Below, piece by piece: positions 36,396-45,776 of a DNA stretch of 64,000 nt (position 1 is its first letter; each line of letters opens with the position of its first letter). The notes under the pieces were generated by a model. It was not told where the DNA came from. It made no database searches and saw only the letters and a program-made list of their open reading frames with translations. Location: contig JAEUVE010000018.1 of NCBI GenBank assembly GCA_016786865.1, positions 124,947 through 188,946 of the forward strand, read 5' to 3'. The stretch comes from Sediminibacterium sp. GTDB lineage: Bacteria; Bacteroidota; Bacteroidia; Chitinophagales; Chitinophagaceae. The position numbers were made by a program, and so were the translations under genes.

Positions 36396-39300
36396 ATGAA
36401 GTTTAACAAGATCAATAACATCACGGGCTGGGCCGTATTTGTAATCGCAAGCCTGGTGTATATCATGACTACAGAAGCAAGAGGTAGTTTCTGGGATTGC
36501 GGTGAATTTGTGAGCAGTTGCTTTAAGCTGCAGATTCCCCACCCGCCGGGTGCGCCCTTGTTTGTTATACTGGGCAGATTGTTTATCATCGTATTTGGTG
36601 ACAATCCGATGAATGCAGCAAAGGCGGTGAATATCATGAGTGCGCTGGCCAGTTCCTTCACAATATTATTCCTGTTCTGGACCATTACGCATTTTGCCCG
36701 CAGAATTGTGAACCTGAAAATATCCGAAACCCCAAGTGCTTACCAGATCTGGTCGATCATGGGCGCCGGTGTGGTGGGAGCGCTGGCCTATACATTCAGC
36801 GATTCTTTCTGGTACAGTGCAGTTGAAGGCGAAGTATATGCCTTGTCCAGCTTTTTTACCGCCATTGTATTCTGGGCTATCCTGAAGTGGGAGCACCAGG
36901 CCGATGAGCCGGGTGCAGACCGTTGGATTGTTTTCATATTCTTTATGATGGGCCTGTCTATTGGGGTTCACCTGTTGAACCTCCTGACTATTCCTGCCAT
37001 TGTAATGGTGTACTATTTCCGCAGACGTGAATCTTTCCATGTATCGTATACCGCCATCCGCGGATGGTTCATCAAAATCGTACTGGTGGGTGGCGTACTG
37101 GCATTTATCGGCGCACTGATCAGCGCAGCAGGAGAAGCATCTGATCGGGTTGCGATGGATGGAACAGTTGCAGGACTGGTTATTCTGGCTACCATCATAG
37201 GTGTTGGCGCTCTTTTCCTGATTGAACGCTGGAAGCCAAACGAAAAATCTTACTATGGTGGAATGTATATCTTCTTTATCATCGGATGTGTAATTACCGG
37301 TGTGGTACAGGTAGGCGTAATTCAATACTCCATCAAACTGGCAGGCACTTTCGACCGTTGGTTTGTAAACGGAGCAGGATTGCCCTTCTTCTCCGGTTTT
37401 GCATTCTTCTTTCTGCTGGTAGCTGCCCTGATCTGGTACGGTATGAAGCTGACTGCAAAAAAATCATGGCAGTACCTGACCCTCTCTTTGTGGTGTATTA
37501 CATTTATGTTCATAGGGTATAGTACTTATTTGACCACCATGATCCGCAGTAGTGCCAATCCTTCGGTGGATATGTATAATGTAGATAACCCGATGAGTCT
37601 GGTGGGCTACCTGGGTCGTGAACAGTATGGAGATTTTCCGTTGCTCTATGGTCAGAAATTTACGGCACAGCCGATAGATCTGAAGAATACCGGAATGCGG
37701 TACCAGAAGAGTCACGATAAGTACATAGAGCTGGGTGAAGACAAGAAATATGTATATGCGGCAGAAGATAAAATGGTTTTCCCAAGGGTATGGGATGCCA
37801 GTGACGACCAGTATCATGCATACTATTATTCTTCTTTTCTGAACATCCCTAAATTAAAAGACGGCAGCTATGAGCGTGCCCCTAACCAGGTAGACAACGT
37901 TAAGTTTTTTGTGGGCTACCAGGTTTATTGGATGTATTTCCGCTACTTCATGTGGAATTTCTCCGGTAAGCAGAACGACCTGCAGGGTGTATACACCGGA
38001 AATGTTAGAGATGGAAACTGGATCACCGGTATTCCGTTTGTAGACAACCTGATGTATGGCGATCAAAGCACTATGCCGGATACGCTCAGGCACAACAAAG
38101 CCAATAACAAATTATTTGCCCTTCCTTTCATCCTCGGGTTGCTTGGTATGTTCTACCAGTTTAAGAGAAAGAGCGACGACGGAATTGTGAATTTTCTCAT
38201 GTTCTTCTTTACAGGACTGGCCATTGTGCTGTACCTGAACCAGGCCGGTAATCAGCCCCGTGAGCGGGATTACGCTTATGTGGGCAGCTTTTACGCTTTT
38301 GCTGTTTGGATTGGTTTAGGCGTACTGAGTGTACGCGACTGGTTTGGCAAAAAACTCAGCCAGCCTGTAGCGGCATCACTGGCAACAATCATCTGCTTAC
38401 TGGCTGTTCCTGTATTGATGGCACAACAGGAGTGGGATGATCACGACAGAAGTAAGAAGCTCCTGTCTGTTGATCTCGCAAAAGATTATCTGGAGAGCTG
38501 TGCACCCAATGCCATTCTCTTCACTTTTGGCGACAATGATACCTATCCTCTGTGGTATGCACAGGAGGTGGAAGGTGTTCGTCCGGATATCCGTGTAATC
38601 AACTACAGTTTATTGGGTATCGACTGGTACATTAATGTGCTGCGCTATAAAGTGAACCAAAGTGCGCCAATCGATGTTATATGGTCTGCAGAGCAGATTG
38701 AAGGCGGCAAGCGCGATTATGCATTGTATCGTCCCAAGCCGGGTATCCCTGAAGATCGTTACTACGATTTATATGATCTGATGAAGAACTATGTAGGCAG
38801 TGATGATCCTACCAAAATGGAAGACCGCGGAGATGGCAATGCGCTGAGCACATTCCCTGTACGCAGGTTCTCTGTTCCGGTAGATAAGTCTGTAGTACTG
38901 AATAATAAAACAGTAAACCCTACAGACAGTGTGGTAAATGAACTCCGTTTTGAATTGCCTAAACAGTCTATGATGAAGAATGATATGGCTGTTCTGAACA
39001 TAATCGCCGCCAATCAGTGGAAGCGTCCTGTATACTTCACCAGCCCAAGCGTGGACCTCGGCTTTGATCAGTTCCTGCGCAGAGATGGGTTGAGTTATCG
39101 CCTGGTTCCTGTTCAGGATTCCAGGGTTAATACAGACTGGATGAAAGAAAGAGCACTGAATGTATTTGGTACGGGTAATGCCAATGTAAAGGGTGTATAC
39201 TTTGATGAAGAGAATCGCAGGCACCTGAATACCATCCGCTCAGCTTACGCAGAACTGGCTATTGATCTGGCTTCCAAGGGCAGAAAAGCCGAAGCAATAC

Positions 39301-39644
39301 AGGTGCTGGAGAAAATAGATAAGATGATGGATGAGGAGAACTTCCCTTATGGCATGACCAGCAGAGGCAATATGCATAACCGCAACTCGCTGATGTTCCT
39401 TGAGGCTTGTTATATGGCTGATGCAAAGGCGCTGATTCAAAAAGTAGCTGCGTCTGTGAAAAAAGACTTGCAGCAGCAGGTTAAATATTACAATAGTCTT
39501 ACCGGAATAAAGGCCGAGATGATGGAAGATGAGAAGAGAATGACGGAGAGTTATATCGAAGGTATGGATCGGATGCAAACAATCTATAATCCTGCCATTA
39601 CGATCCCCGGAAAGCTGATGGCGCCGAAGGATAGTGGAAAGTAG
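36396..39644 (+). CDS. DUF2723-family multi-TM GT-C glycosyltransferase (TMEM260-like)
   Basis: SFWDCGEF, IPHPPGAPLF, DSFWYSAVEGEVY, GVHLLNLL, YLGREQYG, YFRYFMWNF, PRERDY.Y, WDDHDRS, FTFGDNDTYPLWY; TATGTTTG box at 36363-36370. Confidence 0.9.
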   Translation: MKFNKINNITGWAVFVIASLVYIMTTEARGSFWDCGEFVSSCFKLQIPHPPGAPLFVILGRLFIIVFGDNPMNAAKAVNIMSALASSFTILFLFWTITHFARRIVNLKISETPSAYQIWSIMGAGVVGALAYTFSDSFWYSAVEGEVYALSSFFTAIVFWAILKWEHQADEPGADRWIVFIFFMMGLSIGVHLLNLLTIPAIVMVYYFRRRESFHVSYTAIRGWFIKIVLVGGVLAFIGALISAAGEASDRVAMDGTVAGLVILATIIGVGALFLIERWKPNEKSYYGGMYIFFIIGCVITGVVQVGVIQYSIKLAGTFDRWFVNGAGLPFFSGFAFFFLLVAALIWYGMKLTAKKSWQYLTLSLWCITFMFIGYSTYLTTMIRSSANPSVDMYNVDNPMSLVGYLGREQYGDFPLLYGQKFTAQPIDLKNTGMRYQKSHDKYIELGEDKKYVYAAEDKMVFPRVWDASDDQYHAYYYSSFLNIPKLKDGSYERAPNQVDNVKFFVGYQVYWMYFRYFMWNFSGKQNDLQGVYTGNVRDGNWITGIPFVDNLMYGDQSTMPDTLRHNKANNKLFALPFILGLLGMFYQFKRKSDDGIVNFLMFFFTGLAIVLYLNQAGNQPRERDYAYVGSFYAFAVWIGLGVLSVRDWFGKKLSQPVAASLATIICLLAVPVLMAQQEWDDHDRSKKLLSVDLAKDYLESCAPNAILFTFGDNDTYPLWYAQEVEGVRPDIRVINYSLLGIDWYINVLRYKVNQSAPIDVIWSAEQIEGGKRDYALYRPKPGIPEDRYYDLYDLMKNYVGSDDPTKMEDRGDGNALSTFPVRRFSVPVDKSVVLNNKTVNPTDSVVNELRFELPKQSMMKNDMAVLNIIAANQWKRPVYFTSPSVDLGFDQFLRRDGLSYRLVPVQDSRVNTDWMKERALNVFGTGNANVKGVYFDEENRRHLNTIRSAYAELAIDLASKGRKAEAIQVLEKIDKMMDEENFPYGMTSRGNMHNRNSLMFLEACYMADAKALIQKVAASVKKDLQQQVKYYNSLTGIKAEMMEDEKRMTESYIEGMDRMQTIYNPAITIPGKLMAPKDSGK

Positions 39645-39663
39645 TGGCAACAACAGTTGAGCT

Positions 39664-40764
39664 ATGAAAGGACATCGCTTTGAACAATTCAAAGCCAAAG
39701 ATGCAGCGGGCACTGTTTATGAAAACCTGTTACAGGCTTTCATAGAATTGCTCACGAGAATGAACGGAGATGCAGCGGCTGCATTGGAGTGGATGACCGA
39801 GTTCGACCGGAAATACCATGTATTGGGAGAAGACTACGGCATGGCGGACTTCATTGAGGACCTTAAAAAGAACGGATATCTCAATGAAGACCCGCTGAGC
39901 GGTACCTATAATATTACCCGAAAGGCCGAGCAAACGGTCAGGAAATCGAGCCTGGAGGAGATTTTCGGAAATCTCAAAAAAGGAGAGCGGGGCAATCACC
40001 ATACATTCAGACCAGGAAAAGGCGGCGACGAAGTAAATCCGGATGTTCGTCCGTTCCAGTTTGGCGATATGCTGGAGCAGATCGATTTTACCGAAAGTAT
40101 CCGCAATGCACAGGTAGCAAGAGGGGTGGAACAGTTTTCGATGCAGGAAGACGATCTGCATATTCGTGAAACGGATTTCAAAACCCAAACCTCCACGGTT
40201 TTGCTGATTGATATTTCGCATTCCATGATTCTCTATGGAGAAGACCGGATTACACCAGCCAAAAAAGTAGCAATGGCTTTGTGCGAACTTATTACCACAC
40301 GCTATCCAAAAGACACGATCGATATTGTAGTGTTTGGCAACGATGCCTGGACCATCGAAATCAAAGACCTGCCATATTTGAAAGTGGGGCCTTATCATAC
40401 CAATACCGTTGCTGGTCTGGAGCTCGCCATGGATATTCTCCGGAAGCGAAAGAATCCCAACCGCCAGATATTTATGATTACCGACGGTAAGCCCACTTGT
40501 TTAAAAATTGGCAACAAATACTATAAGAACAGCTTCGGGCTGGACCGTAAAGTAGTGAATCGCTGTATTAATCTGGCAACACAGTGCAAGAAACTCAAGA
40601 TATCGATCACTACGTTTATGATTGCTACAGATCCTTATCTACAGCAGTTTGTGGCAGAATTTACCGAAGCCAATAAAGGAAGGGCATTCTTCTCCACGCT
40701 AGACAAACTTGGTGCATTCCTTTTCAGGGATTTTCAAAGCGGTAAGCATAAAAAGGTTTATTAG
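39664..40764 (+). CDS. vWA-domain protein
   Basis: MIDAS elements LLIDISHS, TNTVAGL, MITDGKP; V.PF.FGD..IDFTESIRNA; KKVAMAL.ELI..RYPKD. Confidence 0.87.
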   Translation: MKGHRFEQFKAKDAAGTVYENLLQAFIELLTRMNGDAAAALEWMTEFDRKYHVLGEDYGMADFIEDLKKNGYLNEDPLSGTYNITRKAEQTVRKSSLEEIFGNLKKGERGNHHTFRPGKGGDEVNPDVRPFQFGDMLEQIDFTESIRNAQVARGVEQFSMQEDDLHIRETDFKTQTSTVLLIDISHSMILYGEDRITPAKKVAMALCELITTRYPKDTIDIVVFGNDAWTIEIKDLPYLKVGPYHTNTVAGLELAMDILRKRKNPNRQIFMITDGKPTCLKIGNKYYKNSFGLDRKVVNRCINLATQCKKLKISITTFMIATDPYLQQFVAEFTEANKGRAFFSTLDKLGAFLFRDFQSGKHKKVY

Positions 40765-40784
40765 AACTTGATTAAATTACTATA

Positions 40785-42338
40785 ATGAACATTGAGCAGA
40801 TTATTACACTCGGTCAGTTGAAACAGTCCGGATACCAATCCAAAACGGTACATGAAGAAATCAGGCAGAACCTGATCAATGCCATCCGCAACAAGGAAAA
40901 TCCTTTTGAGGGAATACTGGGCTACGAGGATACGGTGATACCAGATACGGAGCGGGCATTACTGAGCAGACACAATATCCTTTTTCTTGGATTAAGAGGA
41001 CAGGCAAAAACCCGGATGGCACGTCAGATGGTAGACCTGCTCGATGAATACATTCCCGTGGTGGCAGGCAGTGAGGTGAACGACGATCCGCTGAATCCAA
41101 TGAGCAAGTTTGCCCGGGATCTGATTGCAGAAAATGCAGATGAAACCCCCATTCACTGGGTACATCGCAGCGAGCGCTATGGAGAAAAACTGGCTACCCC
41201 CGATGTGAGTGTAGCAGATCTGATTGGCGATATTGATCCGATCAAAGCTGCCAATCTCAAACTCAGTTTTGCAGATGAAAAAGTAATTCACTACGGCATC
41301 ATACCCAGGAGTAACCGGGGAATATTCGTGATCAACGAATTACCTGATCTGCAGGCGAGGATACAGGTAGCCCTGTTCAATATTTTGCAGGAAGGCGATA
41401 TTCAAATTCGCGGCTTCAAACTCAGAATGCCCCTGGATATCCTGTTTGTATTTACGGCCAATCCGGAGGATTATACCAATCGGGGAAGTATCGTAACTCC
41501 TTTGAAAGACCGGATACAAAGCCAGATTTTAACGCATTATCCAAAAGACCTGGAAACAGGGCTGGCCATTACGGAACAGGAGGCGGAAATTCTGGAAGCA
41601 CAACAGGAGAAAGTAGCAATCAGCGACCTGGTGAAAAGACTGATTGAACAAGTGGCATTCGAAGCCCGTTCCAACGAATACGTAGATAAAAAGAGTGGTG
41701 TTAGTGCCAGGTTAACCATTGCTGCATTGGAAAACGCGGTGAGCAGTGCCGAGCGCAGAACCATTATTCACAACGAAGCAAAAACACAGGTCTGGATCAG
41801 TGATCTCAATGGAATTATTCCGGCCATCACCGGTAAAATTGAATTGGTATACGAAGGAGAGCAGGAAGGACCTTACCAGGTAGCAGTGAACCTGATCGAC
41901 CGGTCCATCCGCACACAATTTTCCACCTATTTTCCCGATCCCGAACAGGCCAAGGCGAAGAAAATTCCTACGGGCAAAAAATCTGCCGATAAAAAGCAGC
42001 AGGAGAACCCTTACAAAACCGTTATATCCTGGTTCGACAAAGGCAATACGCTCGATGTTTTACTGGATATGAAAGACGCAGACAAGATTGCGGCATTGTA
42101 CCAGGTAGACGGGTTGTACGGCCTCGTAAAAAAATACTATCCCCATGTCAACGAAAAGGAGCACGCACTCCTGATGGAGTTTGTTTTGCACGGACTGGCA
42201 GCTTATTCGCTTATTGGTAAGCGGGTAATTAACGGACAGGTACAGTTCCAGGATCTGATGCGCGGAATGATGAACTTCAGTGAGCTGGGGCAGGAAGAAG
42301 AGGATGATTACAACGATATGGACGATTATAATCCTTAA
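40785..42338 (+). CDS. Mg-chelatase/MoxR-related AAA+ ATPase
   Basis: Walker A variant GLRGQAKT, Walker B variant FVINE, IGDIDP, FTANPEDYTNRG, PLKDR, SGVSAR. Confidence 0.87.
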   Translation: MNIEQIITLGQLKQSGYQSKTVHEEIRQNLINAIRNKENPFEGILGYEDTVIPDTERALLSRHNILFLGLRGQAKTRMARQMVDLLDEYIPVVAGSEVNDDPLNPMSKFARDLIAENADETPIHWVHRSERYGEKLATPDVSVADLIGDIDPIKAANLKLSFADEKVIHYGIIPRSNRGIFVINELPDLQARIQVALFNILQEGDIQIRGFKLRMPLDILFVFTANPEDYTNRGSIVTPLKDRIQSQILTHYPKDLETGLAITEQEAEILEAQQEKVAISDLVKRLIEQVAFEARSNEYVDKKSGVSARLTIAALENAVSSAERRTIIHNEAKTQVWISDLNGIIPAITGKIELVYEGEQEGPYQVAVNLIDRSIRTQFSTYFPDPEQAKAKKIPTGKKSADKKQQENPYKTVISWFDKGNTLDVLLDMKDADKIAALYQVDGLYGLVKKYYPHVNEKEHALLMEFVLHGLAAYSLIGKRVINGQVQFQDLMRGMMNFSELGQEEEDDYNDMDDYNP

Positions 42339-42351
42339 AAAAAGACCTTTT

Positions 42352-42388
42352 AACTAAAAGAGCTGATCCTAGATCAGCTCTTTTAGTT
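42352..42388. terminator. Perfect 17-bp inverted repeat with the cysteine desulfurase stop codon as its loop
   Basis: AACTAAAAGAGCTGATC-CTA-GATCAGCTCTTTTAGTT at the convergent gene junction. Confidence 0.7.
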
Positions 42389-43496
42389 TTGCCACAACAA
42401 TATCCACTTCCTCTTTGGTGTTGTGTTTGCTAAACGAGAAGCGAACGGTTACCTGGTTGGGGTTATTATTGATGGCACGGATTACATGAGATCCCTGGTC
42501 TGCGCCACTGGTACAGGCGCTTCCACCACTTGCGCAAATATTGTTGATGTCCATATTAAACAGAATCATTTCGCTTTTTTCGGTTTTAGGGAAGCTGACA
42601 CTCAAAACAGCATAAAGGCTTCTGCCCAGGGTGTCTCCGTTGAAACCTACTCCCTTTATGTGTTTTTTCAGCTGTTCCATCATATACACCTTCAGCCCTT
42701 TGATGTAGGCGCTGTCTTGTTCATAACCGGCAGTGGCCAGTTCCAATGCTTTACCGAATCCTACAATGCCATACAGGTTTTCGGTACCCGCACGCATATT
42801 CCTTTCCTGGCTGCCTCCATGGATATAAGGTTTGATCTTTACATTTTCATTAATGTAGAGCATACCCACACCTTTCGGACCATGAAATTTATGACCTGCG
42901 CCGGTAATGAAATGTACAGGTGTATTTCTTAAGTCGAATGGGAAATGTCCTACAGTCTGTACGGTATCGCTGTGGAATATCGCATTGTAGAGTTTACAAA
43001 GATTACCGACCGCGTGCAAATCGAGCATATTGCCGATTTCATTGTTAGCATGCATTAAGGTAACCAGGCATTTTTCTTCACTTTCTGCAAGAATGCGCTC
43101 CAGGTCTTCCAGGTCAATATGCCCATTGGGAAGCAGCTTTACGTAGCTAAGTGCAGCTTCGCCGTTGTGGTACAAGTATTCTACCGTATGGGTGGTTGCG
43201 TGGTGTTCTATTACCGAGCTGATAATATGTTTGCACCCCAGATCGCGTACGGCAGCTGTAATAGCCGTATTACTGCTTTCTGTACCGCCGGATGTAAAGA
43301 AAATTTCTGCGGGATGCGCATTCAACAACTTCGCCACCGACTTCCGGGTATTTTCAATGGCCATCCGCGACTCTCTTCCGTATGAGTAAATCGAAGATGG
43401 ATTGCCAAAATGAGTCGTCAGATAAGGCATCATGGCATCCAGTACTGCCGGATCCAGGGCTGTGGTGGCTGCGTTGTCGAAGTATATTCTTTCCAT
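42369..43496 (-). CDS. iscS: Cysteine desulfurase (IscS/NifS group I)
   Basis: IYFDNAATT, GNPSS, FTSGGTES, LMHANNEIG, GHKFHGPKG (PLP Lys), RAGTEN, SGGSACTSG (catalytic Cys), VRFSF. Confidence 0.9.
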   Translation of the reverse strand: MERIYFDNAATTALDPAVLDAMMPYLTTHFGNPSSIYSYGRESRMAIENTRKSVAKLLNAHPAEIFFTSGGTESSNTAITAAVRDLGCKHIISSVIEHHATTHTVEYLYHNGEAALSYVKLLPNGHIDLEDLERILAESEEKCLVTLMHANNEIGNMLDLHAVGNLCKLYNAIFHSDTVQTVGHFPFDLRNTPVHFITGAGHKFHGPKGVGMLYINENVKIKPYIHGGSQERNMRAGTENLYGIVGFGKALELATAGYEQDSAYIKGLKVYMMEQLKKHIKGVGFNGDTLGRSLYAVLSVSFPKTEKSEMILFNMDINNICASGGSACTSGADQGSHVIRAINNNPNQVTVRFSFSKHNTKEEVDIVVAKLKELI

Positions 43497-43536
43497 GACG
43501 GCAATTTACAAATTACTAGTCTATAGCTTTGCTTAT

Positions 43537-44922
43537 CTATTGAGCGGCTTCCCGGATGTCTTCCATCAGGCGCTTGGCAATATTAGCGGCAACCGTATCG
43601 CTGTTGCTCTCTGCATAGATGCGGATGATTGGCTCGGTGTTGCTGCTCCTGAGGTGAACCCAATCGTTGTCGAACTCAATCTTCAGACCATCTTCTGTAT
43701 TAATGGGGTTCTTTTTGTATTTATTGCTTATGTGATCAAAAATCTTTTTGAGATCGGTATTGGCGGTCAGTTCAATCTTGTTCTTGCTGATTACATAGTC
43801 GGGATAGCTGTTTCTCAACTGCTTGGCAGATTTGTTTTGTTTGGCCAGATGGGTCAGGAACAGGGCAATACCAATAAGGGCGTCACGGCCATAATGCAGA
43901 TCCGGTACAATGATTCCTCCGTTTCCTTCACCACCGATTACCGCATTCACCGCTTTCATTTTAGTGACCACATTTACTTCGCCCACAGCGCTGGCAGTGT
44001 ATTCTCCACCATGCTTTATGGTAATATCTTTCAGAGCACGAGTACTGCTCATATTGCTCACCGTGTTACCCTTCCTGTTTTGCAATATGTAATCTGCTAC
44101 TGCTACCAGGGTATATTCTTCTCCAAACAGAGATCCATCTTCACATACAAAGCAAAGCCGGTCTACATCCGGATCTACCGCAATGCCAAGGTGTGCTTTC
44201 TGGGTGTTCACTTCGTTGCAAAGGCCTCTCAGGTGCTCGGGGAGGGGCTCCGGATTATGTGCAAACTGACCATTAACGGTTTCATTCAATACGGTAAAAT
44301 CCTTTACTCCCAAGGCTTTCAGCAGGGCAGGGACCGCAATGGCTCCTGTGCTGTTGATGGCATCCACCACTATTTTGAATTTGGCTTTTTTAATGGCAGC
44401 CACATCTACCAGCGGATAGTTAACAACCGCTTCAATATGCTGATCAAGCGCTGTGCTATTCTCCGAATAATTTCCCAGCTGATCCACCGAAGCAAAATCA
44501 ACGTTCTCACTCGCAGCTATTTCGAGCAGTTGTGCGCCGTCTGCACCACTGATGAATTCTCCCTTATTATTCAGCAGCTTCAATGCATTCCATTCCTTTG
44601 GGTTATGGCTGGCAGTAAGAATAATTCCACCTGCCGCAGCTTCAAATACCACGGCCATTTCAACAGTAGGGGTGGTACTCAATCCCAGATCCACCACATC
44701 CAGCCCCATGGCAATCAGGGTGTTGACCACCAGGCCTTGTACCATGGCTCCACTGATTCTTCCGTCTCTGCCAATCACTACTTTTTTGCCCGAACCGGGT
44801 TGTTGTTTTAACCAGCTGCCGTATGCGGCGGTAAATCTTACGATATCGATTGGGCTTAGTGTATCTCCGGGTTTTCCTCCAATGGTGCCCCTTATGCCTG
44901 AAATGCTCTTAATTAATGCCAT
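43537..44922 (-). CDS. glmM: Phosphoglucosamine mutase / phosphomannomutase
   Basis: SISGIRG, IGRDGR, TASHNP..WNALK, DPDVDR, VGEVNV, GGEGNGG, R.SNTEP..R. Start taken at ATG 44922; TATGTTTG box at 44951-44944. Substrate (GlcN vs Man/Glc) is not resolvable from sequence. Confidence 0.75.
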   Translation of the reverse strand: MALIKSISGIRGTIGGKPGDTLSPIDIVRFTAAYGSWLKQQPGSGKKVVIGRDGRISGAMVQGLVVNTLIAMGLDVVDLGLSTTPTVEMAVVFEAAAGGIILTASHNPKEWNALKLLNNKGEFISGADGAQLLEIAASENVDFASVDQLGNYSENSTALDQHIEAVVNYPLVDVAAIKKAKFKIVVDAINSTGAIAVPALLKALGVKDFTVLNETVNGQFAHNPEPLPEHLRGLCNEVNTQKAHLGIAVDPDVDRLCFVCEDGSLFGEEYTLVAVADYILQNRKGNTVSNMSSTRALKDITIKHGGEYTASAVGEVNVVTKMKAVNAVIGGEGNGGIIVPDLHYGRDALIGIALFLTHLAKQNKSAKQLRNSYPDYVISKNKIELTANTDLKKIFDHISNKYKKNPINTEDGLKIEFDNDWVHLRSSNTEPIIRIYAESNSDTVAANIAKRLMEDIREAAQ

Positions 44923-45005
44923 ATTTTTCAAATAAACAGACTGCAAACATAATTGAAATTTTTTGTTCGCTCCTTCGTTGTAATATTGCAGTTGAAACAT
45001 TAAAT

Positions 45006-45749
45006 ATGCCCGACAAAGCCTGGTATAAAGACTGGTTCAATTCGCCGTACTACCATCTGCTCTATCAACACAGAGATGAGGAGGAGGCGAGCCGGTTTAT
45101 AGAAACCCTGATTCGTTATCTGAAGCCTGAAAAAGGGAGTCTGATGCTGGATGTAGCCTGTGGAAAAGGCAGACACAGTATTGCTTTAGCGGAAATGGGT
45201 TTTGATGTAACCGGTATCGACCTGTCCGGCGCTTCTATTTCCGAAGCAAGGCTTCAGGAAACGGAACAACTGCATTTTTACCAGCACGACATGCGTTTGC
45301 CATTCTGGATCAACTATTTCCAGTATGCTTTTAATTTTTTCACCAGTTTTGGGTATTTCCGGACCAGAAGGGAGCACGACAATACCATTCGTACCATTGC
45401 CCAGAGTTTGCGCAAAGGCGGTTTATTTGTGATCGATTACCTGAATGTGCACCATGCAGAGCAGCAGGATGATCGTTCTTTCACTACCACAATCAATGAG
45501 GTAACCTTTCATATTACCAAATGGCAGGATGAGGAGCATTTTTTTAAACAGATCCAGATTACAGACAAAGATCACCAGGCACCCAGGCATCTTTATACAG
45601 AACGGGTAGCTAAATTTTCGCTTGGCGACTTCAACGACATGCTTTCCTACCAGGGAATGCAGATCGAAGAAGTGTTCGGCGATTACCAGCTGGGTCATTA
45701 CGATATTAAAACTTCCCCCAGGCTGATCATACTTGCCAGGAAACGTTAA
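45006..45749 (+). CDS. Class I SAM-dependent methyltransferase
   Basis: LDVACGKGRH, TGIDLS, HDMR, NFFTSFGYF, FVIDYLN. Start taken at ATG 45006. Confidence 0.88.
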   Translation: MPDKAWYKDWFNSPYYHLLYQHRDEEEASRFIETLIRYLKPEKGSLMLDVACGKGRHSIALAEMGFDVTGIDLSGASISEARLQETEQLHFYQHDMRLPFWINYFQYAFNFFTSFGYFRTRREHDNTIRTIAQSLRKGGLFVIDYLNVHHAEQQDDRSFTTTINEVTFHITKWQDEEHFFKQIQITDKDHQAPRHLYTERVAKFSLGDFNDMLSYQGMQIEEVFGDYQLGHYDIKTSPRLIILARKR

Positions 45750-45776
45750 GCTGGATACTGCTTTTAAGTCCGGGAT

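Noticed and set aside
43432-44811. 459-aa + strand ORF antisense to glmM
   Set aside because: Lies fully opposite a well-conserved gene, has no motifs, and its composition fits an antisense frame.
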